Below are positions 25,916 through 39,164 of a DNA stretch of 64,000 nt, one piece after another. The stretch comes from Ptychomitrium polyphyllum (lineage: Eukaryota), in contig OZ316775.1 of assembly GCA_973851085.1 (NCBI GenBank), positions 21,390,001-21,454,000 on the forward strand, written 5' to 3'. Under the pieces are notes generated by a model. It had not been told where the DNA came from, searched no databases, and was given only the letters and a program-made list of their open reading frames with translations. The first letter of the stretch is position 1, and each line of letters opens with the position of its first letter. The position numbers and the translations under genes were made by a program.

Positions 25916-28107
25916 TTGAGAAAGCCTGCGGATAACTTGACGAGAAGTGTGTTCTGCAATGAGGAATCCGTGCGCCATGCGATTGCAGTGGAATCACTAA
26001 GTCTGGTAGACTGCACAAGTGGCGTTACCCAAAACTCGCGTCTCAGAGAGTTTCGGCTATGAGAGCCCCTCACCCATACCCGTCGCTGAGCCTAAAGCCA
26101 CCGACCCTTGATTTCTACTACGTATTGTTCTTGTGTAGGCGGTGTCGGGCTTGACAGAGCGTCTCTAAAACATACATGGCATTATCTATGAAACTTGGAT
26201 ATTTTGGGAGTTGAACTGTACAAGTTCGGTGGATGATGGAGTTCGTTTTGAGTATTGGCCTCCTGTGTGCACCATTTAATTGCTACCTTTACGATATGCG
26301 TGTGATATCAGTGTGATGCTGTTGTGATACCCGAGTGATACTCAGGGCGGGTATCAGAAGATTGCTGGGTTAGACCTGTGGACCAGGCTGCTTGTGTCAG
26401 GGTTTGGAACAAGGCTTATTTTTCATTTTTGAGTAGTGGTCGTATTAGCAAGAGATTATTGTATATTGAAGCCAGAATGGCGGCATTGAATAATTTTCAT
26501 CAATATGTTTTTTTCATGCATATGTGGAAATTTTCATCTGTATTTAGTGAATACCTTTAAAAATAAAAACATTTTTGGTAACAAAAACATGAAAAATTGG
26601 GGGATATGTACCTAATTACTCCTAATAATGAAAAACATTAGCCAATTTGATAAATTTGTAAAAAAGGAAAACTTTTTTATTTAAGATTTGAAAGCATTGA
26701 TTAAAGTCCAAATAAAAAAAGTGGTGGACATGTTTTTATAAGAAGCCTTGACTTTTATATGCAAGCTTAATTAGAACTTTTGCTTAAAGACAAACAAACA
26801 CATCATGGTCTAATATCACACAAGTGCATAATTCCACACTTCTATTACAATAGAACATGTGTTCTATTATATATAATATTTAACAATGGAGAACATTCAC
26901 TAAAATCAACTTGTTAAAGATAAGGAAGGACATTTTGTAAGGCTAGAATTAAAAAGTTGTAACTAAACATTAGACATATGTAAACTTTTCTATACCACAT
27001 TCTAATCTTTACTTCAAAAGCTTATCTTTGTTCCAAATTCCAATTTTTTTTTTGGTAAATTCAATTAGAAAATTATATATATAGATATAACATCTCATTA
27101 GAAAAACTTTCAAACTTTTTTATATTCAATTATATAAAAAACTTTAGATAAATGATCTTACATAATGATAATTAATACTAAAATAATGTTATAAGATGTC
27201 ATGTGCAAGTTTGAAATTTATCTTTTATTTCTTAGAATTTGTTTCAATATGCACTAATTATTCCAAAACATAGCCTTTATGCTATAGTCTTATTTATGTT
27301 ATGAGTGGTTATATGTATGTTTTTTTACATTTAATGTTTTAATTAAAAAATTAATGGCATTTATTAACCATAATGTATATGCATTGGTTGTATATTTGTT
27401 TTAATTAAGTTCATATATTAACAAGACTTATTAGTAATAAAGCTAAAAAAATTGCACCACTTCTATTTAGTCATAATGAGTCATTAAAAGTTAAATAAAG
27501 ACAACGTAGAATTTTATAATTAATAAATTTTGAACCTTTTAATTTATTGTTTTGTGATATAAATTTTGTTGTTTTGATTTCATTAGTTTAATCAAAATAG
27601 CTTTTTTAATTTTTTGATTTTTCATAAGTGAACATTCAACATTTAGTTTATTATAATCATAATTGGATTTTTATGCTCTTATTTTAAAATAACCTATGAC
27701 CAAAAATAATAGGTTTAAAAAGTTGCAATTAAAAATTTCATAACATATTCATAACACCTTTTATAACTTATTCAAATAATATGATCTTGTAGGGCCTATA
27801 CTACATTTCCGCTTCCGCTTGCTAATCTCAAAACAAAAGAAAACAACCAGATTCCACGTACGCTCATTGCTAAACGCACCACTTTCTAGGTGGTTCTACC
27901 TTACTTGTAGAGCGAATTCCATACAGTTCGAAATTTGTAAGAAGCAAAGAAATAGAATCGGTGTATCATGCAGCCTGCCGGTTGCCAACTCAGAACTACA
28001 GTCAGCACGCCTTCTCAGAACAGCTGAAAGGGCAACCCTCAACCCCACCTGGCTGCCTCTCATCGCAGGGGCCCCACCTACCCACCTGCCACCTCGGATC
28101 ACGGCCA

Positions 28108-28211
28108 CGTCGGGACCCACCCTCGCGCCTTCCCCTTCCCTCCCTTTTCCCCTCAAACGCAATTCAGGGGAAGAGGGAGGGAAGTAGAAGGCGCGAGGGT
28201 GGGTCCCGACG
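28108..28211. repeat. GC-rich 46-bp inverted repeat with a 12-nt loop (hairpin/cruciform; miRNA precursor candidate)
   Basis: 28108-28153 is the reverse complement of 28166-28211 at 43 of 46 positions; one difference is a U:G wobble on the + strand. Confidence 0.92.
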
Positions 28212-29301
28212 GATGCCGTCACCCAAAACCGCCACGCCATCCAGAACCAACATCATCTACCAGGAGCTTAGATTTTCTTATGCTGAGGCTACATATTTAT
28301 GGAGATAGAGTCGGGGTTTTGTACGTTCTTCCCCAGTGCGTCCCAGCTAAGGCGCTTTCCGGCAGGCACATCTGTGTGCAGGTATAGAGAGATGGCAGTG
28401 TTTGCGTTTGAGGGTGCCACAACCGTCATCGCCCCTCGCTACGCTCATTTCTCGTTCCGCCGAGGTGCTGCCACAGCTCGTACTTGCTCACACACTCACA
28501 TGAGCGCAATTGTTGCTTGAATTCCTGCTGGCTGCTCAGGGAGCACGGATACACCACTGGCGGCCGACGCCAGCTCTTTTCGCTTCCACGCCTCGCCAGG
28601 GTTTGTGCTCATGCATTTTTGGATTAGTTCGTGACTGTTTCAAGCAGCGGATGCTAGATGGCGGTGTGCTTTGAGCACGTGGTAATATGGTTTGGATTTC
28701 TTTGTTTCCTTGTTGTGGTGAATCTTCACAAAACTGCTCGTCTGTGGAGGCGAATTCTGGTGTTTGATATGAATTTCGTTTTGGAATATTTGTACTACAA
28801 TCCTGGTTTTTGATGTGATTAGTTTGTGAAGCGAACCGTCGGTCATGAACGAGAATTTCATGAGGTTTAACAAGTTGTGAGACCTATCAGCTTGTGGCGT
28901 AGGCGAAAGAACAAATCGAAATTGGTTGAGTAGAGGCAGTGAAGATTAGTGAACACAAAGTTTGCGATATTCAAATCTTCTGTGACTAGGAGTTTTCCTA
29001 ATTGGCGGCGTTGATTCAGATAATTTATGCTCCAGCGGCGACGAAATCTTACGGTGAGAGCTCTATTCAAAGTTTACTTGTAAGGGCAGCACATTTGATT
29101 CATTTTGCGGCATCATGACGTAGAACAACCAAGCTAATATTCTCCATTTCGAGGGCCGATAATACCGGATATGTTCATTCTATTCCCTTCGTCTCTTATG
29201 AATGTTATGAGTCGGCAAACGTCTTGAAAGTGTACATTGTGTGCTAATGTGCAGAGGAAAAGGAGGGAGCTTTTTTGGTAAGGACGAGAAGTTAGAGCAA
29301 G

Positions 29302-30102
29302 ATGGATCAAGTGTCCTTCTGTGCCAGCCAATTTTCTGGAATTACAACTCCTAAGCTTGGAATGCTTGCACCAGGTTGTATTCTTGAACGCTTATCAAAT
29401 ATAAGGACGTTATGTGATTTGTTTACTCCTGTAGGAAGCATTAACCTAGTCTCCTGTTTTGGAATTAGTCATATACCGAGTTCGAGAGTTATTTGCTTGA
29501 ATAAAATCACTCGTTCGTTCTACTGTGAGGTGTCCTGGTAGTTGCTAAATGTTGTTTTCTCAAACCTTGACAACGGAGCTGTTGAGGTACTTGTGTGACT
29601 GACTTGGTTTTCTCGGGCAGGGGAGGGAACAAGCGTGTGGGCTCTAGGTCTATTAATCACTATAAAAGTCTTAGGAAACGAAACTGGCGGATCATACTCC
29701 CTCTCTGAGAAAGTTGTCTACCCTGGCCAAGAACTATCTCGGCATGTCCACACCTTAGAAGATGAAATGTGGTACATGCTGGAAGGGGAGCTGATTTGGA
29801 ACCTTGGGGGTCGTGAGTCTCTCGCATGTAAGGGATCTTTCATACATCTTCCACGGTTTATTCCCCATTTCTTCATGAACAAATCAGACAAACCGGCACG
29901 GATGGTGCTCATGTATGCCCCAGGGGGATGTGAGCAATGGTATCTGGACGTCGGACGAGCAGTGCAGGATTCTTCACAATTGCCCCCAGAAGTCTCTACC
30001 GATGAACTCACACAGGCCTTGCAACGCGGCCAGGAGTACGGGATCATGTTCGTTGATCTTGAGGAGAATGGACAGCTTTCTTTGAAGCCCAATTACAGAT
30101 GA
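29302..30102 (+). CDS. Single-domain cupin, 184 aa, resembling bacterial Cupin_2/quercetinase-like proteins; 2 coding exons (29302-29374, 29621-30102)
   Basis: In-frame GT-AG join gives MLAPG-EGTSVWALG. Cupin motif 1 is G-x5-HVH-x4-E-x6-G and motif 2 is G-x5-P-RF-IP-H-x3-N, giving a full 3His-1Glu ligand set. Confidence 0.85.
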
Positions 30103-31374
30103 CCAGTCTCAGAAGCTTGTTTCGTCTTGGTTATTTTCTGCGCATTTTGTTTCATCATCTTCCTTCTGTCCATTTAGTATTCAACCAAGTCCTCCTGAAG
30201 CAGATCTAGCCATCGCAATAGCTGATTGATGCTTTCTGGGATGCACAGGAAATTGAGCATAAAGTCTCGCGCTCTGAAGTTTCATCTGTGCCCTCCTCCG
30301 GGTTCTTGTAAAGTTTACATGGTAGAGTTTAGGGTTTAGAGTCATGTAATTGGTTACTACCTAGTGTGCATGTACTCCCAAGTCACACTGAGGTAAAGAC
30401 TCCAAGTTTGCTGAGTGCAGTTCAGCTAAACGTGAACCTGTTGCCACCATACACACCTCTTGATCGTTAATTGAGAGCAGTGTGCCCTCATGATATAGCA
30501 ATGAAAAACCACAATAAGTTATAAGTTTGTCATTGTCTACACCAGTACCATTCGAATGATAAGCTCACCAGTTAGACCTGTTCTCCAACGCATACAATAA
30601 GCCATCACGTAAGATGCAACATTTGGTAACCACCGTCCGTGGAGGACACCTCAACTTTCACTGCCAAACAAGAGTTACTTTACCCGGTTGAGTCTTTCTC
30701 TCACTGCCAAGCAAATCTTCATTAGCAACCCTCTAGAAAACATCCTAAAGCAAAACCAACAAGCATCTGTAATGTCGAATTTTACAACCAACTGGAATTG
30801 TGAACTCCTGTTGAAGAATCTATGGTAACAATGACAAACCTGCATCTTAACAGAATGCAGTTAATTGTCCAGATCGACATAGCTCAAAAAATGGGACTAA
30901 GTGAGTGATAGACATTAGCCACACTGTTGCCTGCAGCGACACTATTTGCTAATTTCATAGACTTCAGACAAAAAAATGCACGTGAAAAACAAATATGTCT
31001 TAGTAATTGAAGAGCCTATCGCTACTTAATGTATGCTCCTAGTACATAATTGTATGCCATCGAGGAATATCTCGCCTCGGCCTTAGATGATCGCGTCAAC
31101 GCAAGAGACACTGAAGGTCAAACCTCCAGGTCACGAGACCTTCAGGTTCGGAAACTGCCGAACCTTGGTAGTTTTAGGTCTGGGGCAGGCGCGGTGGCAG
31201 GCACTTCATCACTCTCGTTTCGCCTTCGAAGGAGTTCTCTTTCGCTGCGCAGGCCTGTTGCCACGCTTCTGCACCAGCGTTGCTCCTCTTGCTATATTCC
31301 ACAATGGTGTTGCACTCCGCCTTCGTACTCCTCTTGTTCGCTTCTGTTCCTTCTCAGCATCTCTATTTATCGCT

Positions 31375-33051
<1,677 letters not shown>

Positions 33052-35233
33052 GTTCTTCTGTTGTCTCTGTCGGTTTATCAATACGGAACATGGAAATGTT
33101 TTTCGAAGAAGAGTTTTGTTATCATTCCGAATTCAATATGAGCATACCATTTATTCTGGGCAATTAAATTTTCTGTAGACTTCCTTTGTATGTGAATGTG
33201 CTGATATCCTGACCTTGTTTTTCTCATACCTCTTAGCTGATGTTATTGTGATAATTGCTCAATGATTTTTCGCCTATCTCTATGGTTATGGGATCATTAA
33301 TAACTGTTTGAAGCATTCCAGCAAGCAGTTTTTCTATAGATGAAAATACATGCTCTGACTAATGGCTCCTTTTTTTTTTGCAATTTCGATTGTTATCCTC
33401 TGGAAGCGTTCTACTCTGTCGGATTTTCTTTGATCTCCGAAAGTCATGTGTTTACTGAAATTCGTTTCGCTGATTCCTGTGAAGTTCATGACTATAGTAG
33501 CAATTCGAATTTCTCTTTAGTGATTGATGACGAAAGTGAGTTTCAGGCAGTGATTTTATGAGAAAGCTACCAGCTTTCTTGCCTGTCTTCTAATTTATCG
33601 ACAAATCTATGTCGTTGGTAACTTGTCGAACCTGGTAAATCCTCCCATTTCGTCAATTTTTATGTCTAAATCGGAAGAAGATAAAGAGCTAAATGATCTC
33701 TTCGAAACTTGACAAAAGTATTCGCAAATATGCTACTACTTAGGCGTCTATTCGATTCTGCTGTAGTTGAGACGTGGTGCAAGTTTCATAGGGTCTTAAT
33801 TAAGGAAATTGATTCTGAGAAAAATGGATACAGCTTCTAGCCTGTTCGATGATCTTAACTACGTAATTAAGTTAATGTGGTGATTGGTTACGACACTCAG
33901 CTTATTGGAAAATAGGAGAAACAGAGGAGTACGTGGACAGGTGTGAACAGGATTATAAGCGGGCACCGTTCAGTCCGACCAAAGGTTCCTCCCCTTTCCT
34001 CTTCTTGTTCTTGCAACATCGGGTCTACCAACTGCCCTAGTTTTTGTTTTTCATATTTACAGAAGAATTTCTTACCTCAAATGTATAAAACCATAGTAGG
34101 ATCGGTCATACCTTGTCTTGGATTTAGGATTACTCTGCTCCAACTAATATTGACTGTTGGTACGATGTTGAGTTTGAAGCTGTGATTTTTACTTGAGAAA
34201 GTCCCTGCTTGCTGGTGTTTAGGGTTTGTGGTTAGCCTTAGTAACTGAGTCAATTTGGTGGCGCTCAGTCTGAGGCAGGGAGTTAATCGTGGCATCCTTA
34301 TGTCGAGTTTGAGTATGGATGTGCAAATGATGGCGAAGGTACAAACAATTTTCCTTCAATGCTTGAGATTCGATGTCGGCAGGGAGTTTCCCCTGCGTTT
34401 TGGTCTGGTTTTGATTGATGCCGTGTTGTGTTGAGGTCGGTGGTTAGTGGTAGTGGTGGGAAGAGTGTTAAAAGTTATTTTCTTCATTGAATGTGAGGTA
34501 TTAGCTTATATTTTATGCAGTGATAGCGTTGTTCGTATTGCTCTTGCAACAATGTTGCCATCGTGACTTAGGTCAAAATCACCTCATTTAGTTTGTTCTT
34601 GCATCTGACGCTTTATCAGCGATGAAATTGGAAGCGTGCTCTTTCATTTGTGATGTTTTATGTTAGGCGGGGAGATCAGGTTTTGATGGCAGGGACTGAT
34701 GTCTTCAGCATATGCCAATGCATTTTTAGCTTGTCTCTAGGCGTATTTTACGGGTAAATTTTATAACACGCCGAAAAGTTCAGCCAGTATGCAAATCTAA
34801 TTTGTTTGGGACTCAAGATCGAAGCTCTACGTTTTGGCCGTTTATGCAGTTTTGGCTCCTCATCTCGAGGTTACAACCTGACACTGGGAGAGGCGGTGGT
34901 AAGTCTTCATTCAACTATTGCTGTCTCTGACCTTGGTCTGGTGGCAGCAGTTGTCACATTTGCCAACTTATTGTCTGTTGCACTTCAAATACTAGAGAAC
35001 ATCAGATGTGTCTTTCGTTTTCAGTAAAGCGACTGAGCTACGATGTAAAGATTGTATGAGATGGCTCTAATCAGTAGGTGCGAACGGTCTGAAGAATGTC
35101 AAAAATGTCGACACCTAACAACAAAGAGTATCATGTGTACTTTCAGGCATGAAACTGCAAACTTGAATTGGACAGTACAGTTAATCAGGAAGTCGAGAGG
35201 GAAACGAGCTGTGAGCTCGTGGATGATACCCGA

Positions 35234-36415
35234 ATGGGAGCAGTAGCATCTACAAGCGAGGTGCTTCAAGTGGTGGCCATGGACAAGGGTGTGTGGCAGT
35301 CCTTACCAGAGGACTTGATCGAGAGAGTCCTCGCTTGTCTTCCTATCCACAGCCTCTTCAGGATGCGGTGCGTGTGCAAACAATGGAATGCTATCCTCTT
35401 CTCAGAACGGTTTGTGACGAGGTATAGTGAAGTATCGCCCCAGAAGCCCTGGATCGTCATGTACACAGCTGGCAGGACTACATCAGCGTACAACTCCACG
35501 TTGAAGAAGTGGCACGACCTTGTAATACCCGCAGTGTCACCAGAGAAGTGTGTTCTGGCTGCCTCTGAAGGGTTGCTGTGCTATGGAAACGAGTTCTTTC
35601 CTTGGCCGAACCTCTTTGTGTGCAACCCCATGACAAAGTTTTGGCAGCATCTCCCACCTATGCGTTTTATCAAGACGATTCATGTGGTTGGGATGGTCAG
35701 TGATAGAGCCTCCAAGTCGTTTAAGATCCTTGTAGCAGGACTGTTTTTCGATGAGGCACATAATGGGAGACTAGCAACTGAGATTTTTTGTTCCACAGCT
35801 AACGCGTGGGCCATAGGAGGGAAACCATGGCCTATCATGGCAGCTGCGTGGAAGCTTGGAGCAGGTTACGCGGTGTGGAGCCGCGGGCTCTTTTATTGTA
35901 TAACATTCTCTCCATTCGGTGTAATTGCATATGATTTAGAGAAAAACTTATGGGACGAAGTTCATGTGCGAATGCCTGCTTGCATTGTGTCTCCTTCTCT
36001 GGTAGAGTGCCATGGCCGGCTGCTGATGGTCGGAGGGTGTGAGGAGGGGAATTTTTTGGGCATCAGGATCTGGGAGCTTGAGAGATCGAAAATGGTCTGG
36101 GTAGAAGTTGAACGTATGCCTCGCAAGCTGAGACGAGAGTTTGTGGAAATGCTGCGTCCTTCACGCCACTTCTTTGGGTTTGGAAATGGGAATATCATTT
36201 GCCTGTCCATCTCAGAGAGCTCTCCTGCCATTGTGTTCGATCTGGATGATCGCTCCTGGCAATGGTTGCCTGGCTGTCCTCGACTCCCTGACATCAATAA
36301 CTGGCAGTTGAGAGGCATAAGCTTCGAACCCCGGCTCGATTCAAATGTATTGTATCATCCAATCCTTTTCCCTTCCCTTCCCAGTTTAATCAAGTCTCCC
36401 AAATCTGAGCCCTAG
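35234..36415 (+). CDS. F-box protein with a kelch/FBA-like beta-propeller C-terminus, ~393 aa, intronless coding region
   Basis: F-box WQSLPEDLIERVLACLPIHSLFRMRCVCKQW, then LAASEGLLC, VCNPMTKFWQHLP, LVECHGRLLMVG and FEPRLD. The first in-frame ATG is at 35234; the ORF track start is a TTG. Confidence 0.92.
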   Translation: MGAVASTSEVLQVVAMDKGVWQSLPEDLIERVLACLPIHSLFRMRCVCKQWNAILFSERFVTRYSEVSPQKPWIVMYTAGRTTSAYNSTLKKWHDLVIPAVSPEKCVLAASEGLLCYGNEFFPWPNLFVCNPMTKFWQHLPPMRFIKTIHVVGMVSDRASKSFKILVAGLFFDEAHNGRLATEIFCSTANAWAIGGKPWPIMAAAWKLGAGYAVWSRGLFYCITFSPFGVIAYDLEKNLWDEVHVRMPACIVSPSLVECHGRLLMVGGCEEGNFLGIRIWELERSKMVWVEVERMPRKLRREFVEMLRPSRHFFGFGNGNIICLSISESSPAIVFDLDDRSWQWLPGCPRLPDINNWQLRGISFEPRLDSNVLYHPILFPSLPSLIKSPKSEP

Positions 36416-39164
36416 TTTTAATCCATTTCTTGAAGTGTAGTTTGAGTTTCCTACTCCAGCAGGTTAGGATTATTCAGGAGAGAATGGTTTTTTGTGTGAC
36501 GTCTTTGTCATTGAGTGTTTGAAGCAGTTGTGATTGAAAATACTGAATTATACGTTTAAGGTGGGGGCTTTGCTGTACCAGAGCCAAAGCAGCTGTGGAA
36601 AGGTTGTTTCATCAACTAACAACTTGACTCTTAACAATCTCTCACTTGAAGAGAAGCCACCCAATCTGTTGCCTCATATGACAGTGGGTGCCAGCCAACC
36701 CAACTGAACCAAAACAAGCCAGTCTGCTCTTACATTACTGTTCTTGCACAAGCAACGGACAATCCTTACCTAGGATAAGAAATAGCTCCGTAAACAGTGG
36801 ATAATTTCGATAGTTATCTCCTTGAGAGATTAAACGTGCACAGGAACTCTTAATGGCGTCTTGAGTTCAAGAGAACGTTCCGTTGACCGTGCATGTACAC
36901 TATTCATTGAGTGATCATTAAGATTTAAGACTACAGAGTAATTTAAGGCATTTAAGAGGTTAGTGTTGATGTGGTTTGTCTTCCGCACAAGTTTAGTTCC
37001 TTCTTGCTTCTGCTTGTCGTGAGATTTGAGAGGTATAGAGAGGATTTGATGTGGAAAGTCCAGTATGTTACAGGAGCAGTTTAACTTTCGAAATCATTTT
37101 GAGAGATTACTTGCAAAACTATGATCGTTGTGATGTGAATGAGCAATTTTCGAGCTCCTCAACTAAAGGAACAATCACTTGTCAGGTTTCAATTAAAGGT
37201 ACTTCTCTTAATTCCATGTCTCTGCTGGAGAGGAGGCGATTATCTCTCAAGTTCACATGGCTTTCATTGATTGATATCCGAATTACACAACCTTGTCAAA
37301 GGACAGATGTACTCGATAACCTCTGTTTCAAATGCATAATATACATATGTTGCGAGTGCAACACGGTTCTGATTTTTCAATTTGGCATGTACAGGATTGG
37401 AAAAGGAGTCAATGGATGCTGCCTTGTTGAATCGGCTCTCCTCGGAAGTGGTGGAGCAAGTGCTATTCTTTGTGGCAATGCCAGACTTGTGCAGGTACTG
37501 CAGTGTGCAAGACATGGAACCTCCTCATCTGCAGCCCTGAATTTGTCTCTCTGCATGATCAAATTGCAAGGTGTCAAGGTGCACTCCTGCATCGTTATGC
37601 GTTACCAACGCACAGACGACGTTCTTAAGCACCCGGTAAAGTGCACCTATCGTTGGGGCGTAGTGGACCTCAACAATAGACGGTGGTGAACAATCAAACG
37701 TGATATTAATCGCCACAATTTGGCTCGTAGACTTGTGGCCATGAATGGCTGCCCATCTTACAAATTTTAGAGGGGTAAGCCAAATTTTGGCTTATGTCGT
37801 AAAAATAATCTCTGTCTATAGTCTACTTGGAATTGCAGCCAAAATCACTTCCTACCGCGGCCTTTCATGTCTTTCACATTCTATTCTGTGTAGAATCTGG
37901 TAATTGACAGCAAGTCCCAGAATTTCAAGATTTTTCTCTTAATATAATAGAGGAGCTCATACTCTCCAGTTATCACACGAAGCATGTTATGAACGACACC
38001 CTGTTACAAGTTTATGACTCGGCAAACAATGAAGGAAGACCTAGAGTACTAACCCATTTTTGATGCGTTATGGAATTGGTCTAGTATCATTATGTAGCAG
38101 TGTCAAGTTCCAAGGTCCTCTGTACGTTTATTTAAGAACTGGACTTTAAAGCATCCGCTGTGGAGGTACAACCGTGTGGAGGATATGTTGGAGAGTGTAA
38201 TCTTCAGTAATCTCAGTAAGTGTCCAGAGCTTGTGGAGACTGCCAACTGCTGGTTTCTGATGGCACGGTACTCAAAGCGTGTGGAGTGTTTGTGGATGGA
38301 TATTCGTAGAGGGCATTTTTTCAAAAATAAACCAAACTGATTTTCCAAATTAGAGATATTAGAATTCCTGACAAAGCAGCTGTGGTGCAAAGATTTGGTG
38401 TAACTGGGTTTGAGAACCAGTAAGTATTTCTAGATGCGTGTGATAGGCATTTGAAACTCTCCTGTTTATGTCCAATCACCCGGAAATTCGATGGCGTTTG
38501 ATGTGGCGATAAGGAAATGGGATCATGATGACTGACCTCAAAAATCTTTACGGCACATTCCTGAAGAGCATCGATCATGGGTTGGGAAGCATATAAACCC
38601 TCTATCACCCAATGCACCATGGTAACAAGCTGATCACCTCGTATGGATAACGAGGGTGCATGCCCAAGCAATGAAGGTGCATGGAACGTCGTGGGGCTTT
38701 TGTTCAATATTGAAAGACTCTGCAAGTAATTTTCATGAAGGTCTTGTGCAACAGACTCACCAGAAGCTTTTCTCAGCTTTTGTGTTTGGTTTTGGCCAGA
38801 TTTAGCTGGGTTTTCAATTGGATGTTACCTTCGAATTACAAGAAATGAAGAAACAAGACTAATAAGGTACAAGAAAAGGTCCATCAGAAACAGCTAGGAG
38901 CACCGGTACAATTGCAAACACATCGTATACACAAAGGCACGCAGAGAGGAATGAACAATTGTTTGCAATTCCATTGTGGTTTTGGAGAAAATTGAAATGC
39001 GTATCAAAGATTCAAGAATAATCTGAGATTCATGAAGGGGAAAATGTAGCAATTGATTTCGGCAGAGCACCTTAGCTCAGCTCTACATTCAACAGAGGCT
39101 CGATCAAATTTGGGGGGGGGGGGGGGGTGTTCCTGCTGGGGATCTCCCAAGCCTGTCAACCTAT

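Noticed and set aside
37051..37689. 212-aa plus-strand ORF
   Set aside because: GTG start, Cys-rich random-looking composition and no domain; likely spurious.
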